NCBI GenBank assembly: GCA_016182205.1
Contig: JACOXW010000011.1
Location: 1 to 52,752 of the forward strand
Length of the DNA stretch: 52,752 bases
Reading direction: 5' to 3'
Origin: Candidatus Levyibacteriota bacterium
GTDB taxonomy: Bacteria > Patescibacteriota > Microgenomatia > Levybacterales > UBA12049
In this document: one piece after another, positions 39,056 through 48,168 of the stretch
Layout of the letters: every line of letters begins with the position of its first letter
How positions within the stretch are numbered: the stretch's first letter is position 1
Notes under the pieces: model-generated
Databases searched by the model: none
The model's input: only the letters and a program-made list of their open reading frames with translations
Told to the model about the DNA's origin: nothing
Translations under genes and position numbers: made by a program

Positions 39056-39840
39056 TACTTTGTAAAAACAATTTCTTTTATTTTTTTTGTCAAAGACAGA
39101 GGATCTTTATCCTGCCAGATATTTCTTCCGATTGCCATACCAATCGCCCCGCTTTGCATAATGCTTCTAGCGGTTCTAAGAAATGTTTCTTCATCCATTT
39201 TCGCTCCTCCTGATACAACAACTTTTGTTTTTCCGGCTTCTTTCACTGCCAGTGTTAATGCATCCAAGCTTCCTGGATATTGAAGTTTTATAATATCTGC
39301 ACCCAATTCCATACCTATTCTCGCTGCATAAGCAGTAAGTTCTTTTTTTCCTGGTATTGTTTGAAATTTTTCATTTACTGCTTTTCCCCTTGGATACATC
39401 CAAGCAATTACGGGAATCTGCTTTTCGTGCGCCTTATAGACAATGCGAGCTAACTGAGAAGTCATGTCATTTTCATAACTGCTTCCAACATATACAGTAT
39501 ACCCTACCGCAGATGCACCAAGTGCTATCGCCTCCTCCACAGAACACAAAAGCGGAGCAAAAGGATCATTGTCTCTTACCAAGCTAGTTTTACCGTTTAA
39601 CTTTACGATAAGTGGAATTCTACCTTGTAGATCTCCTGCCCATAATGCGCTGGTGTAGTATTTTTCGGCAACCCCTTTCTGAAAAATAATGCCGGTATAG
39701 CCACCTTCGACTCCGATTTTTAATATATATCCCGGATCTATATTCTCATCATTAAAATCAGACGGTCCGTGTTCTAAGCCCTGATCATAGGCCAGAAATA
39801 ATACTTTTCCCTGGCTTGTAATTTTCTCAAGCGATACCAT
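39055..39840 (-). CDS. Class I (DhnA/archaeal-type) fructose-bisphosphate aldolase
   Basis: AYDQGLEHGP, VKLNGKT, WMYPRG, ELGADIIK and IGRNIWQ motifs. Confidence 0.88.
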   Translation of the reverse strand: MVSLEKITSQGKVLFLAYDQGLEHGPSDFNDENIDPGYILKIGVEGGYTGIIFQKGVAEKYYTSALWAGDLQGRIPLIVKLNGKTSLVRDNDPFAPLLCSVEEAIALGASAVGYTVYVGSSYENDMTSQLARIVYKAHEKQIPVIAWMYPRGKAVNEKFQTIPGKKELTAYAARIGMELGADIIKLQYPGSLDALTLAVKEAGKTKVVVSGGAKMDEETFLRTARSIMQSGAIGMAIGRNIWQDKDPLSLTKKIKEIVFTK

Positions 39841-39843
39841 AGG

Positions 39844-40818
39844 TTATACAAGTCTTTCTGCGGCAAATTCCGGTACTTGTTCCAACTTGGAACGTATCTG
39901 CTCTTTGGTCAATAAACCTTTTTGTGCACCGGTATACTCAATAACCGATCCTGCATTGACTGCACCATAACGCAAAGCTTGCGAAATATCCGCTTCCTTC
40001 ATATATGCACTTAAAAAACCTGTCGTATAGGCATCACCAGCACCGGTACGCTCTACTAATGCATTGGGAAATATTGCGATCTTCCATAAAATTCCGCTTG
40101 CGTCTTTTGCGTATGCACCATTTTCCCCATCTGTGATTGAGACAACTTTAGGGCCCAGTTTTGACAGCCCGGATAATAATGTTTCTATATCATCTCCATC
40201 ACTTTTAAGAAGCTCCTTTGCTTCGTCCTTATTGACAAATAAAATTGTTGCCGCGGCAATAATCTCTTTAATGGCTTCATACCCCGCTTCCAACTGGTGA
40301 GTACCGGGACTAAAAGCAAGTTTTGTACCATGAGCTTTTACATACTCTACGACACGACTATAAGCACTTTCCCACTCATTACCTAAAGAAGTTACATAAA
40401 ACCAATTCGGGGTAACTCCTGTAAAAGAAAAGTCGTGTTCACGTTTTACGTGCTCTACAAAGAGTGTTCTTTCTTGTTCGTATTGTATCCCTACCGCAAA
40501 GGAACTTGGGGCATGAGATGTTTTCTTAACCAGCGAGATATCCACCGGCTCCTTTTTAAGCAACACAATAAGTTTTTGTGCAAATTCGTCATCACCTATC
40601 TGGGCACATAACCCGCTTGCGTACCCTTGTCTTCCAAGCCCAACTGCTACATTACAGGCATTACCGCCTGCTAGAAACTCACATGAGTCAACATGAATTT
40701 TCTCTCCGTACTTAAAACATATTTCTTTTTTTTCTTTGTCAATTCTTGCATGCATATTCTTCTCCTGTACATGCAAAAAAGCATCTATCATGGCATTACC
40801 AACACTTATAACATCCAT
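39844..40818 (-). CDS. PfkB-family carbohydrate kinase
   Basis: GGNACN, FVNKDE, TDGENG and ERTGAGDAY motifs; first gene of the pfkB-fba-rpiB-rpe operon. Confidence 0.9.
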   Translation of the reverse strand: MDVISVGNAMIDAFLHVQEKNMHARIDKEKKEICFKYGEKIHVDSCEFLAGGNACNVAVGLGRQGYASGLCAQIGDDEFAQKLIVLLKKEPVDISLVKKTSHAPSSFAVGIQYEQERTLFVEHVKREHDFSFTGVTPNWFYVTSLGNEWESAYSRVVEYVKAHGTKLAFSPGTHQLEAGYEAIKEIIAAATILFVNKDEAKELLKSDGDDIETLLSGLSKLGPKVVSITDGENGAYAKDASGILWKIAIFPNALVERTGAGDAYTTGFLSAYMKEADISQALRYGAVNAGSVIEYTGAQKGLLTKEQIRSKLEQVPEFAAERLV

Positions 40819-40997
40819 ACCAGTATGATAACATACTTAACGATAGAAGATAGAAAATAAATATATCCTCTATTTTCTATCTTCAAACTTCAATCATCCA
40901 TTACCTAGCTTTATTACTGCATTCTTACACGTTCTTCATCCTTTTTTCAACACCTCGCTGTACACTTTTTCTCATATGAAAGGGGGTGAGTTGATAT

Positions 40998-41255
40998 ATG
41001 GATATCCTTGCATGGGCAGCGTTTGGGCTTATCGCCGGAACAATTGCTAATATCATCGATCCACGTCCTTCAAGCGGAGGCATCCTGGGTTCTATGGTTT
41101 TGGGAATCGTAGGAGCACTTGTAGGAGGTTTCTTGGCGAATCTTGTATTCGGAGTCGGAGTAACAGGATTCAATCTCACATCGTTTGTTGTTGCAGTAAT
41201 CGGCGCGTTAATTGTGCTCTTTGGTGTTCGTGCGTTCACCCGCAGTAGCATCTAA
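40998..41255 (+). CDS. GlsB/YeaQ/YmgE family stress-response membrane protein
   Basis: WAAFGLIAG...LGIVGALVGG...AVIGALIVL pattern; SD AAAGGGGGTGAG upstream. Confidence 0.9.
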   Translation: MDILAWAAFGLIAGTIANIIDPRPSSGGILGSMVLGIVGALVGGFLANLVFGVGVTGFNLTSFVVAVIGALIVLFGVRAFTRSSI

Positions 41256-41261
41256 AGAGAA

Positions 41262-41308
41262 AAGAGGAGGTAGCAACCGGTTTGAGGAGATAAAAGCTGC
41301 CTCCTCTT
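41262..41308. terminator. Hairpin between convergent genes
   Basis: AAGAGGAGGTAGC / GCTGCCTCCTCTT 13-bp stem with one G-U pair. Confidence 0.55.
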
Positions 41309-41314
41309 GGAACA

Positions 41315-41623
41315 TCAAGTCATTAGATAAAGCCGTAAACCCTGCACAATATGATTTTTTTTGATCGTATTTGCGGGTAACTCTAACACATGTTTGTAGC
41401 GTGTACTCCAAAAAAAGAACCGATTGGGTAACAATTTTTCTTTATAACAGACAACGTGTAAATTATCATCTAAAATCACTACATCAATTGGGAACCGCAG
41501 AAAAAAAGTATGTATGCCAAATCGTGTGTTAAACCAGAGAGGTTTTGGACTATCGGCGCCAATTAGACCCACTATTTTTTTTATGCCACTCACTTTTTTA
41601 ACTCGAAGCGACAGTGAGTTCAT
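41315..41623 (-). CDS. DUF192 family protein
   Basis: GIHTFFLRFPIDVVILD and VLELP motifs. Confidence 0.8.
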   Translation of the reverse strand: MNSLSLRVKKVSGIKKIVGLIGADSPKPLWFNTRFGIHTFFLRFPIDVVILDDNLHVVCYKEKLLPNRFFFWSTRYKHVLELPANTIKKNHIVQGLRLYLMT

Positions 41624-41967
41624 AAACCAAGCTGCTGTTTTAACACAAGAAAGAATTTTTTTAACCCTGAGGAACGTTTGTATTCCTGGTATGCTTGTTG
41701 TCTTTTTGCGTCTTTTGATCCCGCAAGCGGTGGATCAATCCATACCGACAAAATTACCCATTCCCCTTTTTCGTTTTGCTTGGCAATAAGGGTGATCTTT
41801 TTTTCCTCAACACGTTTTACATACTCTTTTGTGTATGCCTTCTTTCCGGAAAAAATCCTGTCGGGGGTTTTAAAAACTGCTACTGCTTTATCCTGAGATA
41901 TCCCTCTTTCCTTCAGCCTATCAAGAGCATGGTTTGTGAATACTATTCCGCCTTCATACTGCTGCAT
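41620..41967 (-). CDS. DUF4258-like small protein
   Basis: FTNHALDRLKERGIS motif. Confidence 0.65.
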   Translation of the reverse strand: MQQYEGGIVFTNHALDRLKERGISQDKAVAVFKTPDRIFSGKKAYTKEYVKRVEEKKITLIAKQNEKGEWVILSVWIDPPLAGSKDAKRQQAYQEYKRSSGLKKFFLVLKQQLGL

Positions 41968-42007
41968 ATATATTCCTCTGAAATCAAAATACAAATTTAT
42001 AATACCA

Positions 42008-42595
42008 TTATTTTCCGACAATAACGAGGATGTCAGAAGACGAGGACGCACTTAGGTCTTCAGTGGTGCTCCCAACCGTATAGGACTGCGTTATGTCTTT
42101 TCTGAGTAGAGGAAGATATTTTTTCTTCTCTGTTTTCACGGAAATAGAAACATTTTCATAGGTAAACGCGTCTGCGTTGCCGATAGATACGACTTTGTAC
42201 CCGAATCCTTTTAGAAATTCAGCCATTTTGCTCCCTACACCTGTCTGGCCGCTGCCGTTTTGTACGCTCACTGAAACATCTTTTCTGTCTAATCCTGTTG
42301 CTTTATCCAATGAGTCTTGTATGGTTCTGGGCGTAGGGGTAGGTGGAACTGATGGCGTTACGGATATTTCAGGTGATGGAGTCGGTGTATCGGTCGGGAA
42401 AAGAACCTGTGTCGGTGTCACGGTAGGGGTGATTGTTTCTTTTGTTTCTGATGTTGAAAAAAACCGGCTTATGCCAAAAATGACAGCACCAAGAATCAAT
42501 AAGCCAAAAATAAAATAAAAGAGCCTACGAGAGTTTTTTGAAGAACCTCTGTACCCTCTATCAAATGGGACATCCTGAAATACTGCACCATTCAT
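42008..42595 (-). CDS. Membrane-anchored LytR C-terminal domain protein
   Basis: TM helix, PT-rich linker, VQNGSGQTG, GNAD and DILVIVGK motifs. Confidence 0.8.
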   Translation of the reverse strand: MNGAVFQDVPFDRGYRGSSKNSRRLFYFIFGLLILGAVIFGISRFFSTSETKETITPTVTPTQVLFPTDTPTPSPEISVTPSVPPTPTPRTIQDSLDKATGLDRKDVSVSVQNGSGQTGVGSKMAEFLKGFGYKVVSIGNADAFTYENVSISVKTEKKKYLPLLRKDITQSYTVGSTTEDLSASSSSDILVIVGK

Positions 42596-42697
42596 AATAG
42601 TACGAGGGGAAGTGAGCAGCGGTAATCTGTCTGGAGTATACCACAGAAGTGGAATTTTGCAATACGGAAAGGGGAAATCTGATATAATACTGCCAGT

Positions 42698-44380
42698 ATG
42701 AGACGTCTGTCCTCTCTTCTTTTTGTTGCCGTTTTTGCCTTAGGTGTGCTGTTGGTATTTACTCATGCTACTCCCTCTTCTGCCGATGAGCTGGATGAGT
42801 TAAATAAACAGATAAATGAACTGACAACCGCACTCAATAATTCAAAAGCCGCAACAGCACCGCTTGAGTCACAACTGAAAAGTATGCAGGCACAACTTGC
42901 AGCCATAAAAGGACAAATCAACGCAATCGAAGCCGATATTGTCGTAAAGCGAAAAACAATTGACGCGGGCTATGAAAACTTGGCAAAACAGGAAAAAATA
43001 CTGGCGGAGACTGTCCGTGATTACTATATAAAAAGTTATTATAATTCACCGCTTCTGATTTTCTTATCATCCACGTCAGCATCTGAAATTACACAAACGC
43101 TCGCATATCAAAAAGCAGCCACAGATCAGGACAAACTCATTTTGACCAACATCGCACTCACCATTCAAACACTGGAAATCAAAAAACGCGAACTGGAGCA
43201 GGAACAAGACCGGTTATCCGTAGCCAAAGCAAATCTTGATGAACAATCCGCAAAACTTGATAAAATTGTGGGCGAAGCAAAAACCTACCAGGCAACGCTT
43301 TCAAGTCAAATTGCGCAACTTTCTGCAAAACAACAGCAACTTGTAGCGCAAAAACTTGCAAGTCTTAATATCCCTCGTTCAGCAGGTACATCAGCGCGCG
43401 GTTGCAGTGATGACAGAGGTGTTGATCCGGGATTTAGCCCACGGCTGGCGTTTTTTACTTATGGAGCACCGCATAGAAACGGTTTAAATCAGTATGGTGC
43501 ATGGGGAAGAGCAAAAAAAGGGCAAAATGCAGAACAGATTTTACAGGCATATTATCCTAATATGTCACTGAAAACAGATTACAACCAAGATATACAAATC
43601 TCAACAACCACGGGCTGGTCAGGCTCTATAGAAAACTATGTAAAACGAATATATGAAGTCCCTGATTCTTGGACAGATAATGATCTTGCGGTACTGAAAG
43701 CCCAAGCTGTTGCAGCAAGAACCTATGCACTGAATGTTACAGCAAACGGAGCTAAACAAATATGCACTTCTGAAAGTTGCCAGGTTTTTAAAGATCAGGA
43801 AAAGGGTGGGAATTGGAATGCTGCGGTTGAAGCAACAAAAGGATGGGTCTTAATGGATGGCGGTAATCCTGGTTTTACTCAATACGCGTCAACCCATGGT
43901 GGATATATTCTGAATTTGGGAAAATTTGATGGAGACGGTGGCAACCCAACGAGTTTTGCCGAATTAAATGAGAGAGCGTTTGATAAAGAATCACCCTGGT
44001 TTTACTGTGACTGGGGAGCTAGGTCACAGTATGGAAATACTGCATGGCTAAAGTCTGAGGAAGTTGCAGACATTGCCAACGTTATTCTTTTGGCTCGAAA
44101 AGACGGCTCTTTGGGAAAACATCTCTACCAGCCAGATAAACCAAATCCTGAAGGAACAGATACATGGGATGCTGCCAGGGTGCGCCAGGAACTTGGCTCT
44201 ACAGCACTCACGAGCGTTTCTGATATTTCTGTTACAGCTGACTTCAATTCAGGAAAAACTACAAATGTTGTCATCAATGGTCAAAGTTTTCCGGCTGATG
44301 AATTCAAAAACTGGTTTAACTTGCGGGCACCTGCTAATTTACAAATTGTCGGACCGTTGTATAATGTGGAGAAGAAGTAG
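42698..44380 (+). CDS. Secreted coiled-coil protein with SpoIID/LytB-like domain
   Basis: Signal peptide, long coiled coil, HRNGLNQYGA, LKAQAVAARTY and CQV motifs. Confidence 0.82.
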   Translation: MRRLSSLLFVAVFALGVLLVFTHATPSSADELDELNKQINELTTALNNSKAATAPLESQLKSMQAQLAAIKGQINAIEADIVVKRKTIDAGYENLAKQEKILAETVRDYYIKSYYNSPLLIFLSSTSASEITQTLAYQKAATDQDKLILTNIALTIQTLEIKKRELEQEQDRLSVAKANLDEQSAKLDKIVGEAKTYQATLSSQIAQLSAKQQQLVAQKLASLNIPRSAGTSARGCSDDRGVDPGFSPRLAFFTYGAPHRNGLNQYGAWGRAKKGQNAEQILQAYYPNMSLKTDYNQDIQISTTTGWSGSIENYVKRIYEVPDSWTDNDLAVLKAQAVAARTYALNVTANGAKQICTSESCQVFKDQEKGGNWNAAVEATKGWVLMDGGNPGFTQYASTHGGYILNLGKFDGDGGNPTSFAELNERAFDKESPWFYCDWGARSQYGNTAWLKSEEVADIANVILLARKDGSLGKHLYQPDKPNPEGTDTWDAARVRQELGSTALTSVSDISVTADFNSGKTTNVVINGQSFPADEFKNWFNLRAPANLQIVGPLYNVEKK

Positions 44381-44382
44381 TT

Positions 44383-45066
44383 ATGCCTGATATTTTTTTG
44401 GGAAATACAACAACTGTCTCTCAAAACGTCACAGATACATCCTCAACGGGTGGTGATTCTTCCACTCGCAATAGTACTACAAAAGCCCGCACGCCTGAGA
44501 ATCATATCCATACTCTCGCATCTTTTTGCTTAAATCCTGTCGGCGTCCATTTTGAAACACAAGACGCCGATGAAGAGATTTTGCTTTTTTTGCGGCCGCA
44601 TTTTATCACTAATCTTCCATGGATAGCAGCAGGAACATTTTTTATTCTTGTTCCTCTGGTTATAGCTATGTATGCACAACTGTTCACGCAAGCTGCACCG
44701 ATTTTTTCATTTATTCCTTCTTCATATATCACCATTTTTATCGCGTTTTATTATCTGGTCGTTCTCTCCTATATATTCGTCAGTTTTATTACGTGGTTTT
44801 ATAATATCTCCTTAGTAACTAACAAACGCATTGTCGATATTGACTATTCTGATGTAATCTACCATAATGTGGCTGAAACAAAACTTAATCTTGTGGAAGA
44901 TACCGACTATACCCAGACCGGATTCATAAGATCACTATTTAACTACGGTGATGTCTTTGTACAAACAGCAGGAGAAAAAATGCATTTTGATTTTCTCGCA
45001 GTCCCCCAACCTGCGCGCGCTGTCAAAATTGTCGGAGATCTTATCGGTAAACGAAAAACTGAATAA
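44383..45066 (+). CDS. Membrane protein with bacterial PH domain
   Basis: Two TM helices, VTNKRIVD and FNYGDVFVQTAG motifs. Confidence 0.7.
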   Translation: MPDIFLGNTTTVSQNVTDTSSTGGDSSTRNSTTKARTPENHIHTLASFCLNPVGVHFETQDADEEILLFLRPHFITNLPWIAAGTFFILVPLVIAMYAQLFTQAAPIFSFIPSSYITIFIAFYYLVVLSYIFVSFITWFYNISLVTNKRIVDIDYSDVIYHNVAETKLNLVEDTDYTQTGFIRSLFNYGDVFVQTAGEKMHFDFLAVPQPARAVKIVGDLIGKRKTE

Positions 45067-45069
45067 TCT

Positions 45070-45291
45070 ATGAATGCGCAATTTTTTCTTAACCCGCTAA
45101 TTCTTATAAAGGGCGGGCTTTTGATCCTTATTTTCCTATTTGCTATTTTTACTCTCGTTATCCTCAATCAGGTACTGGTGATGAATCGAATTATTTCACA
45201 ACAACCGGTCGCTACTGTGGTGGCGTGGTTTGCGGTTCTTTTGGTTCTTTTGTCATTTTCGCTTTTTGTTGCAACACTTGTTATACTATAG
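45070..45291 (+). CDS. Small two-TM membrane protein (DUF5657-like)
   Basis: Hydrophobic 73-aa product with QVLVMNR; tightly packed between neighbours. Confidence 0.6.
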   Translation: MNAQFFLNPLILIKGGLLILIFLFAIFTLVILNQVLVMNRIISQQPVATVVAWFAVLLVLLSFSLFVATLVIL

Positions 45292-45294
45292 CGC

Positions 45295-47070
45295 ATGTCA
45301 GATACGCATATACAATTTGCAAATCTGGTTGCAACGCCCACAACCTCTTCGTGGTCACAAGCATATAATGCAGGCCGCCTTTTTGCAGTGTTCTCTTTAG
45401 CAAAAAGTGAAGACCAACTATTGGATGAAACACTGGCTGCTATCGGAAAAATGCTGGTGAGCACCTTACAGGAGGAATACTTTACTCTTGAGACAAAAAC
45501 TCTTGCTTCTATTAAAACTGCCGTTTCAGAAACGAGTCAGAAAATACCTCAAGGACTACAAGCCAGTTTTGTTATAGGAGCAATTGTTGATACTGTTTTA
45601 TACGCGTATGCTTATGGAGGGGCGAAAGTACTTTTGAAACGCGGACAAAAGGCAGGTCTCATTCTTGATACAAAAGAACAGGAGCCATCACAGGAAGATG
45701 ATGGCATAACATCTGCTTCAGGATTTTTGAAAGATAACGACCTGCTTGTTTTACAAACAAGAGAGTTTGCAACACGTATTTCACAAGATAGTGTTATCTC
45801 AGCACTCCAAAATACAAAACCGCAAGATACAGTAGAGACGCTTTCTCCCAAGCTCCATACCGAAGAAGGAGGAGCATCAGCAATCTTTATTGAGTACAAA
45901 ACACCGCAACCCGATCCCATGCTTGCTGCAAAACCGGCAGACTATGAAACACCACAAGAAGAACCCTCGGAAGAATCAATTTCAGAAAACAAATTTACCC
46001 TTCCTTTATCTTCAACTGTATCGTCTTTTGCCTCAAAGATTATAACGCTCCCAAAAAAGTTATTACTTCCAAAGCAAGTAATCCACCTCAGTCACCGGAA
46101 AAAAATTTTATTAACCATCATCATCATTCTTTCTGTGTTACTTAGCTCCAGTATCTACTTTGCGACAAAAAAACAAGAAGAGGCAAGAATCCAGGCACTC
46201 TTTCAGGACGTCTACCCAAAAGCTGTAAAAAAAGCTGAAGAGGCCGATGGACTTTTGAGCATCAATCAAATCCTTGCACAGGAGGACTATCAAACAGCAA
46301 AAAAACTGCTCGAACAAAACCTCGAAAAATTCCCAAAAGGTACTAAAGAACGTACCGAGGTTGAGACCTTACTGGAAAAGGTTACAAAAAGTACGCAAGG
46401 CATTACCGCATCTTCCTCACCGGTATCTGAGGTCTCCCCGCAAGATAACCCCATGCTCTTATCACTCATAAAGACAAAAAAACGTTATGCAGCCCATACT
46501 GACAGCGCTTTCTATGTCGCAGATAATACTTCTGTAAGCTCATTTGACACAAAAACCCAGAAGGAAAAAACTGTTATTGCAAATAATGCCCTATGGAAAC
46601 AACTTGCGGGACTGGGAGTGTTTGGAACAAATGTCTATGTGTTAGACAAAGACGCAAAACAAATTTTGAAATTCCAAAATGCAAGTGCAGCAGCAAAAGT
46701 CTCCTATTTATCCACTCCTGATCCCGATCTTTCAAAGGCAATTTCTCTAACCATCGATAGTTCTATTTATGTCCTTTTGAGTAATGGAACGATAAATAAA
46801 TATACGCGTGGTAAAAAAGACATATTCACTATAAGCGGCCTTTCCGTACCTCTTTCATCTCCTGTTGCAATTGCCACAACGGTCGAAAGCGACAAACTCT
46901 ATGTCCTTGAGCCTACAAAAGGAAGAATTGTCGTGCTTGGTAAAACGGGCGCGTTCCAAACACAATACAACGCTGATCAACTCAGAACCGCTACCGCACT
47001 TGACCTAAAGGAAGCGGAAAAAATGATTCTTTTCCTTTCCAAACAGAAGGTTTTCAGTATCCCGCTTTAA
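45295..47070 (+). CDS. Membrane protein with degenerate PP2C-like N-domain and C-terminal beta-propeller
   Basis: Central TM (~aa 272-290); propeller-like repeats VYVLD, IYVL, LYVLE; own -10 box. Confidence 0.55.
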   Translation: MSDTHIQFANLVATPTTSSWSQAYNAGRLFAVFSLAKSEDQLLDETLAAIGKMLVSTLQEEYFTLETKTLASIKTAVSETSQKIPQGLQASFVIGAIVDTVLYAYAYGGAKVLLKRGQKAGLILDTKEQEPSQEDDGITSASGFLKDNDLLVLQTREFATRISQDSVISALQNTKPQDTVETLSPKLHTEEGGASAIFIEYKTPQPDPMLAAKPADYETPQEEPSEESISENKFTLPLSSTVSSFASKIITLPKKLLLPKQVIHLSHRKKILLTIIIILSVLLSSSIYFATKKQEEARIQALFQDVYPKAVKKAEEADGLLSINQILAQEDYQTAKKLLEQNLEKFPKGTKERTEVETLLEKVTKSTQGITASSSPVSEVSPQDNPMLLSLIKTKKRYAAHTDSAFYVADNTSVSSFDTKTQKEKTVIANNALWKQLAGLGVFGTNVYVLDKDAKQILKFQNASAAAKVSYLSTPDPDLSKAISLTIDSSIYVLLSNGTINKYTRGKKDIFTISGLSVPLSSPVAIATTVESDKLYVLEPTKGRIVVLGKTGAFQTQYNADQLRTATALDLKEAEKMILFLSKQKVFSIPL

Positions 47071-47143
47071 TACTAAAGCATATAGACATTGTCCAAGCTT
47101 TGTATAAATTTACTTTTTTTTCCTCATGCAGTATGATGAAAGC

Positions 47144-47584
47144 ATGAAAATTACCAATAAACGAGCGTTTTTTGAATATCAAATCGGAGACCGGATTGAA
47201 GCCGGTATCAACTTAACAGGCGCTGAGGTAAAGGCTGTAAAGCAAGGCCACGCTGATTTAACCGGAAGCTATGTACGGGTTATAGGAAGCGAGGCATATT
47301 TAGTAAATGCCCGTATTTTCCCTTACGAGTATGCCCGACCCGAAGGGTACGAGGAGAAACGAACACGAAAATTACTCATGCATAAACAGGAGATTATCTC
47401 ACTCAAATCCCGCACAGAAGGGGCAAACATCACCCTTGTGCCTCTTTCTTTATATAGCAAAAAGAACCTTTTGAAGCTAGAATTAGCCATAGGAAAGAGC
47501 AAAAAACAGTACGATAAGCGCGAGGCTATCCGCAAAAAAGATATGCTCAGAGAAAAGCTCCGAGATGAAGATATGTTAGCTTGA
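47144..47584 (+). CDS. smpB: SsrA-binding protein
   Basis: NKRAFFEY, EAGINLTGAEVK, RTRKLL and YDKRE motifs; adjacent to tmRNA. Confidence 0.95.
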   Translation: MKITNKRAFFEYQIGDRIEAGINLTGAEVKAVKQGHADLTGSYVRVIGSEAYLVNARIFPYEYARPEGYEEKRTRKLLMHKQEIISLKSRTEGANITLVPLSLYSKKNLLKLELAIGKSKKQYDKREAIRKKDMLREKLRDEDMLA

Positions 47585-47608
47585 CTTTGAAGCTATTTTT
47601 GGTATAAT
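47581..47608 (+). promoter_or_regulatory. tmRNA promoter
   Basis: TTGACT-16 nt-TATAAT with extended TG, 9 nt before the tmRNA 5' end. Confidence 0.7.
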
Positions 47609-47617
47609 ACAAACTAC

Positions 47618-48066
47618 GGGGATGCATTGATTCGACAAATGCAGCACATTAAAAAACAGCAAGCCGACTTTGATAATTAGTCGTCCCGCTAAAGCGGGAT
47701 CCCGCCAATCGGCGGCGATAAAAAAGTATCAAAATAATAAATGCTGTTTCAAACCGCATTGAGGCTCTAAAGGCTGAGAAAGAAGCAATTCTTGCTGAGC
47801 TCTTCGGAGTCAGACAACCGGTTTACGCATAATCTGCGTAAACCTTTGTCTTGTTCATAGTATCTTTTCTCAACGGGATGCTGTGGGCATAAACACAGTT
47901 GGGAAAAAGGTAAGGAAAGTGGTTAGTACCTTACTGTTTTTATAACCTCAGTAGTATTTCGTCCTGTCGATTGGATAAACTTACTATGAATCTTTAAAAA
48001 TCGACTACGCTTGTAGATGTTTTTTAGGTACGCTTTTGGACTCCGGGTCACTCCCGGACATCTCCA
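47618..48066 (+). ncRNA. ssrA: tmRNA (449 nt), tag AVSNRIEALKAEKEAILAELFGVRQPVYA* at 47743-47832
   Basis: 5' GGGGATG pairs with 3' CATCTCC-A including the G3-U wobble; TTCGAC near the 5' end; ATAAAT before resume codon GCT; tag ends in YA; downstream of smpB. Confidence 0.9.
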
Positions 48067-48069
48067 CAC

Positions 48070-48098
48070 AAAAACCCGCCTTTATAGGCGGGTTTTTT
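48070..48098 (+). terminator. Rho-independent terminator of ssrA
   Basis: AAAAACCCGCCT-ttat-AGGCGGGTTTTTT. Confidence 0.9.
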
Positions 48099-48131
48099 AT
48101 GACTCATTACCACACCTAATTATCCTATAGT

Positions 48132-48160
48132 TTGACATTTATCCTAAGGTTTGCTATACT
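48132..48160 (+). promoter_or_regulatory. Consensus sigma70 promoter, leaderless-type, for the SET gene
   Basis: TTGACA-17 nt-TATACT with extended TG; ATG 8 nt later. Confidence 0.75.
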
Positions 48161-48168
48161 TTCATCTT

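Noticed and set aside
555-47535. Numerous 60-150 aa antisense or alternate-frame ORFs in the track
   Set aside because: They lie within well-supported genes and show no recognisable motifs or initiation signals.
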